From assembly GCF_963921235.1 (NCBI RefSeq), contig NC_086097.1, forward strand, positions 121,708,001-121,772,000: a stretch of DNA of 64,000 nt, read 5' to 3'. Positions 51,525-62,095 of the stretch are shown here, one piece after another. The position numbers and the translations under genes are program-made. The stretch is from Mobula hypostoma (lineage: Eukaryota). Numbering within the stretch: position 1 is the first letter of the stretch; every line of letters starts with the position of its first letter. The notes below the pieces were generated by a model that was not told where the DNA came from, did no database searches, and saw only the letters and a list, made by a program, of their open reading frames with translations.

Positions 51525-52083
51525 TATTATCTGTTTTTAAATTGTTGTAATCTCCTTTATAATTTTCCTAGTATTATTTATGATTCAATGGCTATCACAC
51601 TGAGTCAGAAAATGAGTACTCAAGTCCTTCTCTTGAACACAGCAAATCTGGACTGATATGCAAAGAGCATAAGAAAGATGCAAAAAAAGTAGGCAGGCAA
51701 ATTCATTGCAGACACTACCCACCCAGCAATGCCTTTCCCAAAGGCTCCATCCTAGGAAGTGTTACAGTGCTATTGAAACAAAAGGTTCATGCCATCTTAA
51801 AAATTTCTTCCCCCAGACAATTAATCTGATCAACCATTCAAGATCTCCCACCACACCCCCATCCCATAACAGCACTGTAAACACTTTAAACCACATTTTA
51901 TAATAATGCTTACATTGTAAATACATGCTGGTATTTGTGTATTTATGCACATTTCATTCCATATCTGTACTTCTAATTTTATGTTTATATAATTCTTTAT
52001 TCTTTATAATTGTTGAATGTGTTTTGTTGCATGTTGCGCCCTGACCAACACACGACAGCAAGTTCCTAATACCTATAAATGTA

Positions 52084-52662
52084 CACTCAATGGTCACTTT
52101 ATTAGGTAAACATGTACCTAAATATACCTGCTCGTTAATGCAAATATCTAATCAGCCAATCACGTGGCAGCAATTCAATACATAAAAAGAATGCAGACAT
52201 GATCAAGAGATTCAGTTGGAAAGAAATCAGAAAACATCAGAATTGGAAAGAAATATGATCTAAGTGATTTTGACTGTAGAATAATTATTTGTGCCAGATG
52301 GGGTGGTTTGAGTATCTCAGAAACTGCTGATCTCCTGGGATTTTCATACACAACAATCTCTAAAGTTTGCAGTGAATGATGCGGAAAACAAAAATCATCA
52401 AGAAAGTCATAATTCTGTGTGTGAAAATGCTTTGTTAATGACAGAGGTCAGAGGAGAATGGGTAGACTGTCTCAAGCTAAAAAAGAACAAAAGTAACTCA
52501 AATAACCATGTGTTACAATGCAAGTGTGTAGAAGAGCATCTCTGAATGCACAACATATCGAACCTTGAAGTAGATGGGTTACTGCAACAGAAGACCATGA
52601 ACATACACTCAGTGGCAACTTTATTGGGTACAGGAGATCCCTCATAATGTGGCCACTGAGTG
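52084..52662 (+). mobile_element. Non-autonomous Tc1-like element
   Basis: TA-flanked TIRs. Collinear with 3095-3611. Confidence 0.9.
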
Positions 52663-53230
52663 TATATGATGAATGAAATTGATCCTTGATATTCCACAGG
52701 AAGGTTGAACCACTTGAAGTCCTTATTTTATGGATGAAATTTTAGACTGAAGTTCCCTCTGATCTGTCAATTAGATATAAAAGAACATTTGCCCCAATGG
52801 TAGAGTTATCCCTAACTCCCTCACTTTTCCTGAATTATCCAAATGATGATTGGCTGCTGCAGAAATTTGCTGTGTGTCCATTGGCTGCTGTGATTCCTCC
52901 TGTACACGAATGAGTACTCTTTAAATCACTTTAAATTGCATCTAAAAAGACTTGAAAGTGGGATTTTGTTTTTCTTGATCAAATTGAGTTAACAAAGACA
53001 TTTTAAACTGGAGCCTTGAGCTATGAACATTCTAACTGTTGCTTTAGTACTAGTTTATAAATTGGCAAATTTAATGTATTTTACTCACTCTTAAAAACAG
53101 TGTGAGAAGCAAAGCATTTCTTTTTCTACCCTCTGTGAACTGAAGAACTTTACTATGATAATATTAAAGGTATTGGCATATAAGAAATGTTAAGTGAGCT
53201 TTCTCTTTGGAGTGAAGGAAGATGAGAGGT

Positions 53231-55273
53231 TGATGCGTATAAATCTCAGGAGCAGCAGACAGAAAAAAATCAGGCTGACTCAGAGAATTGTTTCAGACTA
53301 AAGGACTTCATTATACATGATATCACGGAGAGCTTCCACACCTAAGAGCGGTGTTCTGGGGCTCTGCTTAGCTTGGAGGGTTGGTGCTCCATTATATAGA
53401 CACAGCGTACATAACTAAAAGCACTTAACAAGAACATTGCTTGACTTTGAATTTAGAGCTAGATTGCAACACACAATAACATTACGTGACTTTGAACTTA
53501 GAACTCAATCACATCTTGGTCGCATTCCAGCTAGCGCCGCAACCACCTTCTTGCTGATTTTAGCTACATCTTAGGAGCATTCACAAGCGATTAGGTTAAC
53601 CCCTACATATCCAAAGAGTCTTACGTTCTTCCACAATTCCCTCCTTGTTGATCCTTTCAGATCAACACTCCTCTTCCTTATAGGGGAGTTCATATCCCTC
53701 TGGAAAGGGTCTTTCTTTGCCAGGATGAACCTTCTCTCCCCACCAGTTTCGCCTACTGCACGTTTCTCTCACCATCTGGGGTATCTTGGGACATTTTCAG
53801 GTTTGTGTAAGGCTCTTTTCATTAACTGGTAACAACACTTACCCTAGATCGAGTCGCCCCATCCCTTCCATCCCCTGTCTCAACCTCTAACTCCCGTCCC
53901 CCTACAGCTGCTGCCCCTGCTTCTCCTTTGGCCCTTTTCCCTCTATCCTGGTAGGGTGGGGCTGATTATTTTGCCGTCATGCAGCTACCATTTCTGTAAC
54001 TTCATTTAGGAAGCCATCGTCGTCTAACTTTCCATCCATACACAGATGATGGGGACGCAAACGAGGGTAGAGTTCCACCTTATCAGTGGGTGGCGGTGCA
54101 CTGGGTGCAATAGCGGACAGAGTATCCTCTCCTTCTATTTCTCCTCCTTCTTTGTCAGTTTGGAGAGTTGGTGCTTCTTGGCCACTTCCATCCATTTCTC
54201 AAAACATCCCATCGTGTACTCAAAATCCCAATTAGGGTCCCCATTCACTTTAGCCACTTCGTCCCACCAAGTCTGAATCATGGGGATCTTAAAACTACCC
54301 CCACTGGGCCAGTCTCCTTGAGACTACCCATAGAGATCACTGCTAACGGTTACAGCGTACTGGTCATCCCCTGTTTCTCTTACTATGGTGTCTGCTGGCG
54401 ACCCTGGGGGGCACCAGAGGGTCTCTTACCTTCTGCCAGGTCTTTTTTACATTCTTCATTCATTTTTCCGTCTTCTTACTTACTTCCAAGGTCTTTCCTT
54501 GTGTTCCCATCCGTCGAGTTTTCGCCACAGGAGTAGCAGAAACCACTCGACTTCTGGCACTTCCCATTTTCTGCAAAAGGGAGTAACTATACCGCACACT
54601 CGTATTATTTCACACAGAATCTTATCTGTAGCGCTCACTGGTGTGTTTCCTCTGTCTTTCCACAGGTCTCTGAGTTCGGTTACGGAATTGATTGGTACCC
54701 CTACGAGCACTCCCTGCTGTCCCCCTTTCAGCAAGGAGACTGATTTTCCATCCCAACTTGGAAGGCACCTTTCTGTCTTGCTTCTCTTTTTCCGCCTAGG
54801 GTTCTTTTTCTGGATCCTGCTCTTATAGCCTCCTCCTTTCAGCTAGGAGACTAAATTGAGGATCCCATCCTCGTCGCCAATCTGATGCGAATAAATCTCA
54901 GGAGCAGCAGACAGAACAAATCAGGCTGACCTGGAGAATTGTTTCAGACTAAAGGACTTTACTATACATGATATCACGGAGAGCCTCCGCATCTAACAGC
55001 GGTGTTCTGGGGCTCTGCTTAGCTTGGCAGGTTGGTGCTTCATTATATAGACACAGCGTATATAACTAAAAACACTTAACAAGAACACTACTTGACTTTG
55101 AATTTAGAACTAGATTGCAACAAACAATAATATTAGAACTAAATCACAACATTTTGGTCGCATTCCAGCCGGCACCGCAACCTCCTTCTTGCTGATTTTA
55201 GCTACATCTTAGGAGCATTCATAAGCGATTAGGTTAACCCTTACATATCCAAAGAGTCTTAAGTTCTTGCACA
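53231..55273 (-). mobile_element. Complete small non-autonomous retrovirus-like LTR element (2043 bp)
   Basis: LTRs at 53231-53635 and 54883-55273 with TG...CA ends. TSD GAGGT at 53226-53230 and 55274-55278. PBS at 54862-54879, PPT at 53636-53650. Gag-like remnant with PSAPP and LYPRL. Confidence 0.93.
54862..54879 (-). promoter_or_regulatory. Primer binding site, tRNA-Ser(GCT)
   Basis: TGGCGACGAGGATGGGAT, complementary to the vertebrate tRNA-Ser(GCT) 3' end, 3 nt from the LTR. Confidence 0.88.
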
Positions 55274-55944
55274 GAGGTGAATTGATAGAGGTGTACAAGA
55301 TGATCAGAGGCATAGATCATAGATCTAGTGGACAGCCAGAGACTTCTCTTTCCTAGGGCAGAAATAGCTAATACAAGGGGACATAATTTTAAGATAATTG
55401 GTGGAAAGTATATGGGGGGGGGTGATGTCGGAGATAAGATTTTTATGTAAAGTACGTGGAATGCCCTGAAAGGTGTGATGGTAGAGGCAGATACATTAGG
55501 GCATTTAGGAAACTCTTAGATAGTCACATGGATGATTGTAAAATGGAGGGCTATGTAGGAGGGAAGGGTTAGATCCTAGAGTAAGTTAAACGGTCAACAC
55601 AACAGCATGAGCTGAAGGGCCTATACTGTGCTCTAATGTTTTTATGTTCCATATTGCTAAAGACGTTGACATTTAAAGATATTTTCTGATGCTCTTTGCA
55701 ATTACCAGCCAGCTGCAAATTCAAGGAGCTGTTTCACAACAGATATGAGCCTGATGAAAAAACAACAAACTGTGACTGTTATGCAGGCAACAGGCTCGCT
55801 ATGCTTTAACATACGCTTACTGCACTGTTTCCTGTGACCAAAGCATCTCGAAAGTTCCTCACCCTTTATAATTCTAATTTGCATCTTCACAATATGGCAG
55901 TAACAAATTCTTTTCATCAATTGGTAAACATGAATTTGTTTTTT

Positions 55945-56510
55945 TTTTAAAAGACTGGCTTTGTTTGTCACATATACATCAAAATATACAGCAAAGTGGG
56001 TCATTTGCTTCAAATCAAATCAATGAGGATTGTGCTGGGCAGCCTGCAAGTGTCTCCTTGCTTCCAGTACCAACATAGCATGTCCACAACTCACTAACCA
56101 TAAATATACATCTTTTTTGGACTGTGGGAGGAAACCGGAGCACACAAAGGAAACTGTTATGTTTTGAAACTTCAAAGCTTTAAACTAGTTCAAAGGAACA
56201 CATAGGAGTCCAGAAATGCAGGTGTAGCTTTGTCTTTACTTCAAGTGAGATGCACACGTATCACGTGGTAGCGGTATGATGTATTTCTACATACAACCTG
56301 TAATGAGTTAATTAAATGAACAAGGATGCTTAATCAAACAATATATATACAAGATTACTCAAATATAATTGAAATATTAAATACAAAAAAGAAACCCACG
56401 TGGTCACGGGGAGAATGTACAAACTTCTTACTGACAGCGGCAGGAATTGAACCCGAATCTTACCCCAATCTTAAGCAGCGTTATGCTAACTGCTAGACAA
56501 CAGTGCCACC
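55945..56510 (-). mobile_element. V-SINE interrupted by a solo LTR
   Basis: GTGGGAGGAAACCGGAGCAC...GGAAAC|...|GAAACCCACGTGGTCACGGGGAGAATGTACAAAC. Confidence 0.75.
56155..56390 (-). mobile_element. Solo LTR related to the Gypsy LTR at about 22130-22375
   Basis: Reverse complement ends ...GAAGTTTCAAAACATAACA versus GGAGTTACAAAGCATAACA. Shares ATATATTGTTT.ATTAAGCAT.C. Confidence 0.75.
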
Positions 56511-56989
56511 TTATCATCTTTCAAAAATGAGAAATCTGCATTCACATAAAGCTTCTCACAAACTAAACACATCCTAAATACCTCAGTGTCAATTAAAGGC
56601 CTGTAATTTTTATATGGTTAGATCCAGTAAACAGGAATGAAAGAAATTGTTCACATCTGTGCTTAGAGAACGGTTGATATGAATACAAAATTAAAATGGA
56701 AAATAGAAGAAGCAGCATATCAGACAGGGAGTTAAAGTGTTTCAGGTGAATATCTTAACAGATCTGAAAACATTTTGAGATGTAACTGATTTTTAACTAG
56801 TACTGAGGCAAGTGAGAGGAGAGGGGAGGGGAGAATGAAAGGGATGCCTGTGAAAGGGTGGAATTCAAGGAGGATCCATTGATAGAGTAGATGACCATTC
56901 CACTAATGGGACAAGTGAAGACACAAAAGTTGTATTCCTGATAAAGAATCATTAATAACAGCAGTAGGCCAAAGAGAATGGGGGCAATG

Positions 56990-58300
56990 TTCATGACAGG
57001 TAGTGTTAAGGAAGCAGGGAGTCTGCAGAAGGACTTAGACAGATTAGGAGAATGGCCTAAGAAGAGGCAGATAGAACACAGTGTCAGAACACAGTCTTGC
57101 TAGGAGGAACAAAAACGTAGACTATTTTCTAAATGGGCAGAAAATTCAAAAATCTGAGGTGCAAAGGAACTTGGGAGCCCTCGTGCAGAATTCCTTAAAA
57201 GTTAACTTGCAGATTGAGTCAGTGGTGAGGAAAGCAAATGCAATGTTAGCATTCAATTTGAGAGGTAGTACAAAGACATACTGGTTAGTAGGTAAATTGT
57301 CCTGTGATTAGGTGAGGATTAAATCTAGGGTTTGCTGGGTGGAGTGGCTCGAAAGGCCTGATGGGCCGACTCCGTGCTGTATCTCAGTAAATAAATAAAA
57401 ATAAATAAACTTGGTATCGACCCTCGGACTGGCTGATGCTTGTGGAATCACATCTCACCTTTCAGTTAGGCATTTACAGCCTTCTACACACAATGCTACA
57501 TTCAATAATTTCACACCATAAGACTACAAGAGCTAAGAACAGAATTAGACCATTCAGCCTGTCAAGTCTGCTCTGCAACTTCCATCATGGCTGATCCACT
57601 TTCTCCCTGCCTTCTCCTTGTAAACTTTCATACCCTGACTAATCAGGAACCTAACAGCCTCTGCCTTAAATACGCACAGAGTGACTGGCCTCCAGAGCCA
57701 CCTGTGGCAATGAATTCCACAGATTTACAATCCTCTGGCTAAAGAAATCCCTCCTCATCTCCGTACTAAATAGACGTCTCCCTATTCTGATTCTGTGCCC
57801 TTTGGCCATAGACTCCTCCACTATAAGAAACATCCTCTCCACATCCACTCTACCTAGGCCTTTTGACATTTGATAGGTTTCAATGAAATCCCCCCTCATT
57901 CTTCTAAATTCCAATGAGTACAGGCCCAGAGCCATGAAACGTTTCTCATACAATAAACCTTTCATTCCAGGAAACGTTCCTGTGATCCTCCTCTAAACCT
58001 TCTCCAATGTTAGCACATCCTTGCTTAGTTAAGGGACCCAAAACTGCTCATAATACTCCAAGAGAGGCCTCACCAGTGCCTTATGAAGCCTCAGCATTAC
58101 ATCCTAGCTTTTATTTCTAGTCCTCTCAAAATGAAAGCTGACATTACATTTGCCTTCCTCATCACTGACTCAACCTGCAAATTAACCTTTATGGAAACCT
58201 GCACGAGGACTCCCAAGTCCCTTTGCACCTCGGATTTTTGAATTTTTTTCCCCATTTAGAAAATAGTCTATGCTTTTGTTCCTTCTACCAAAGTGCAGTA
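56990..58300. mobile_element. CR1 fragments (+ strand about 56990-57262; - strand about 57512-58300) and a V-SINE tail (about 57275-57410)
   Basis: LKVNLQIESVVRKANAML and GLYSLEFRRMRGDFIETY peptides. Confidence 0.8.
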
Positions 58301-58597
58301 CTGGGTTCCCGTTTTTGAGATGTTATGGGTAAGTGGTGAACCAAAGGTAGACATTTTTCTTTCAAAGTCAGAAGGGTGAGTTAACCTGGTGAGCTATGAA
58401 GAATTTCATGGTGAAATAAACTAGGGGCAAATATCTGCTTTCTCAGTTAAGGAGTGGTAGTGATATGAGAACTCTCAAAGGGAAAAAACAAGGGAGAAAG
58501 AGTTAAATATAATACATTTTAATTATACTTATGGCTTGAAGCAATGGTAAAGGTCATTCAATGAAAAAAATGTTAGCTAATGATATGTGCATCAGAT

Positions 58598-59430
58598 AAT
58601 CAAAGTAAATTTATTGTTAAAGTAAGTATGTCACCATATGTCTCTCTGAAATTCATTTTCTTGCAGACATTAACAGCAGAACAAAGAAATACAATAGCAT
58701 CAATGAAAAACTACACACAAAGATAATCAATCAATGTGCAGAAGAAGACAAACTGTGCAGATGCAAAATACAATTAATAGTAATAAATAAATAAATAAAT
58801 AATACAGAGGAAATGATTTGTGAAATCCTTGAAATTGAGTCCATAGGTTGTGTTCAGTGATCAGTTCAGAGTTGAGCTGAGTGAAGTTATCCACGCTGTT
58901 TCAGAAGCCTGATGGTTGAAGGGTAATGACTGTCCCTGGTGGTTTTGGATCTACGGCTCCTGTACCTTCTTTCTGACAGCAGCAGTGAAAAGAGAGCATG
59001 CCCTGGATGATGGGGTCCTTGATGATGGATGCTGGTTGTTTGTCAAATGTTCCTTGCAAATGTGCTCAATGGTGGGGACATCTTTTCATGGAATAGTCTG
59101 GACTGTATCCACTACTTCATAATAAAGATAAAGATAAAGTTAAAGTTAGCTCTATTTGTTATATGTACATGGAAACACAGAGTAAATGCATCGCTTTGCA
59201 TCCAACGATTGTACTGGGTCACCATGCTTTTAGCACCAAGACAATATGCCCACAATTTACTAACTCTGACTGTACATCTTTGGAATGTGGGAAAAAAATC
59301 GAAACACCCAGAGGAAACCCACATGGTCACGGGGAGAATGGATAAACTCCTTGCAGTTAGCAGAGGGAATCAAACCCCAATCAGTGATCACTGACGCTGT
59401 AAAACCATCGGGCTAACGACTACGCTACCT
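58598..59430 (-). mobile_element. Rex1/Babar-like 3' fragment (about 58598-59118) and V-SINE (about 59130-59430)
   Basis: Minus strand ATCATCAAGGACCCCATCATCCAGGGCATGC and reverse V-core. Confidence 0.65.
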
Positions 59431-59594
59431 TGACTCCCTAGATGGGTATGTTATACTGCAGAGTTTCTGACTTTAATTGCATGCTAGATTTTTCACTATA
59501 ATTTATTGCTAAAGCAGACATTGTTTCAGTACTAACTTTTAGATGATGCCATATTTTGGAGAAATATATCAGGACATTGGATAATTTTCCCCAG

Positions 59595-59936
59595 AGGCAT
59601 TGAACGTGTGGATAGTCAGAAGCTTTTTCCCAGGGCTGAAATGGCTAGCACGAGAGGGCACAGTTTTAACGTGATTGGAAGTTGGTACAGAGGAGATGTC
59701 AGGGGTAAGTTTTTTATGCAGAGTGGTGAGTGCGTGGAATGGGCTGTCGGCAACGGTGGTGGAGGCGGATATGATAGGGTCTTTTAAGAGACTCCTGGAC
59801 AGGTACATGGAGCTCAGAAAAATAGAGTGCTATGGGTAACCCTAGGTGATTTCTAAGGTAAGGACATGTTTGGCACAGCTTTGTGGGCTGAAGGGCCTGT
59901 ATTGTGCTGTAGGTTTTCTATGTTCTATGTTTCTAA
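59595..59936 (+). mobile_element. CR1 3' end (same subfamily as the copies at 4533 and 43930)
   Basis: Near-identical sequence with TTCTATGTTCTATGTTTCTA tail. Confidence 0.9.
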
Positions 59937-60054
59937 CATGATCACTTTTGTCAATTGTATACATGACAGCCAAGAATGCAAGCAAACACTGACCATTAAC
60001 ATCAAAGAAGAATGGCTATCAAACTCTCAAGCATATAGAGCTGTAGATCTTTCA

Positions 60055-60984
60055 GTGTAATTATTAGGTTTTGCTTGTCAAAACCATGTCAAGTCTCTGA
60101 TAGCTGTATATATCCGCGCACCCTCCCCCAGCCCCGCTAATGCTGGCAAGGCACTGCATGAACTCTACAGCGCCTTAAGTAACCTTCTAACCAAACACTC
60201 AGATGGTAGGGTGCACAATTTTAACCATGCAAATCTAAAGACAGTCATACCTAAAATCTACCATCATGTTAATTTTGCTACCAGAGGTGAAAATACACTA
60301 GACCTGGTTTACATTAACATTCCAGGTGTCTATAAAGCAGCCCCTTGACCCCACACTGGACTGCCAGGTCACTTAATTCCAGCATTCAAACCAGTGATCA
60401 AATGGGTCAAATCAGTTCTCAAGGTGGTGAAAAGCTGGCCTGAAGGACAATCTCTGCATTACAGGATTGCTTTAATAATACGAGCTAGAGAACATTCAGT
60501 GAGGCTGCTACCTATGGAGACCATGTTAACATTAAAGAATAGGTGGATTCTGTGTCCAGCTACATCGAGAAGTACATGGAGGATGTTACCATCACCAAAC
60601 ACATCCAGGTGAGGGCAAGTCAGAAGCCATGGATTACTGCAGAGGTCTGTGCCAGCGTGAGGGATCTTGTTGCTTTAGATCGGGTGATGCAACAGCTCTC
60701 AGGGAAGCAAGAACTGTGCTTTCCTGCTCCATCAAGAAGGCAAATTGGGAGCATTCTCAGACCATTCTGCAACCATCTCCATGATATCAGAGACACGAGT
60801 ACATGTGGCAGGGAATTCAGAGGATTGCAGACTACAAGTCTACCCTGCGCGAGAGTGACCAGGATGCCTCACTCCCTGACAGGCTGAGTGTCTTTTATGC
60901 CCGGTTTAATGCACAGAACAATGTGCTGGTGAGCAAGGCACCCTCCTCCCAGGGGAGCAAATACTCTGTCTGGCTGAAGCTGAG
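60055..60984 (+). mobile_element. Rex1/Babar-like LINE fragment (APE end and linker), cut by the ERV
   Basis: [38 protein letters not shown] and [12 protein letters not shown] motifs. Confidence 0.8.
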
Positions 60985-61423
60985 GTTATTGGAAAACATT
61001 TTAACTCTGTTTTCTAAGTGTTTATTTTAAGTGTGCTTTAATTGAGTATCAGGTGTTTATTCAGATGTTCACCATGCCTTTACTATGCATTAAGTGTGTG
61101 TTACTGAGTGCGTGGGATTACTATGGCATTTGGGATGTAACCATTGAATGAAACCTGTGTACCTTTAACCGCTCGAGAAAAACGAATGTAGCCAAGTAAG
61201 AGAGATAAGAGTGATTGATTTATTAGTTAGAGTAAAAAACTTACAGATGTATGCTAACCCAGAAGGGCTGTAAAGAATGCCGTGTGAAAACGACAAATGG
61301 GCAGTCAGTGACAGACTTACACAGCTTAGTCCACTGTCTCAGCTTTACTTTGCAAATTAAAGTTTAAACATTTCTTGAAGAATCTTCGGCGCTTCCTTGT
61401 CATTTGTGAAACCACGACAAAAC

Positions 61424-61441
61424 TGGCATAGTCGGCAGGAT
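61424..61441 (+). promoter_or_regulatory. Primer binding site, tRNA-Ser(AGA-type)
   Basis: TGGCATAGTCGGCAGGAT, one mismatch from TGGCGTAGTCGGCAGGAT. Confidence 0.85.
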
Positions 61442-62095
61442 CAGGAAGAGACCTGTGGATGAAGGAAACGGCAAATTGAGGGCGCTTCCTGGTCCCTGGG
61501 GGACCTCCACAGAGCTAAAAGAATTCAGTGTGCACCCAAACAAAGGTAAGCGCTTTTTAGCGACAATTTGGACTAAGAATTCTGTTGGTTTTTGGGGAAA
61601 TCTCAGGGATTAAGAAGTGTGAAACAACTGCCGAAGAGTCTCTCCGATTCAAAGAATCTGGCAGAATTGAGGGTTAAAAGGAGGCTCGGAGGATTAAGCA
61701 AGAACACTGCAGTGAGGGGGGTGAGTATGAATAAAGTAATAAGAAGTTAAGTGAGAAAAATTCCACGTGGTGTTGGTAAGTCCCTGTGGATACCGCTTCG
61801 TACGAGACGAAGGTCTGAATGGACAGGGAAAGAAAGAAAAGAGAAAATCCTCGTGAATACCGCCTTAGGAAAAGTTAAGGGTCTGAATAGGCGAGGTGCA
61901 AAAAGAAGGTTCTGCGGATACCACCCGAGAAAGGGGTCTGCACGGGCAGAACAGAATAGAAGATAAGGATAGCTTAAGTAGATAATTTAGACGCGGGTGA
62001 GAAGAAACCATAAGGCTAGATAGAAAATAGGTTACAGAAAATAGTATTACTTTGGTGTGAGACACCAAGAATACCTTAAAAAGGGGAAGAACAAT

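Larger units (their letters stand above)
53170..55650 (+). mobile_element. CR1 3' fragment hosting the 2-kb LTR element
   Basis: GGAAGATGAGAGGT|GAATTGATAGAGGTGTACAAG (RMRG.LIEVYK) is split exactly at the TSD. Confidence 0.8.
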
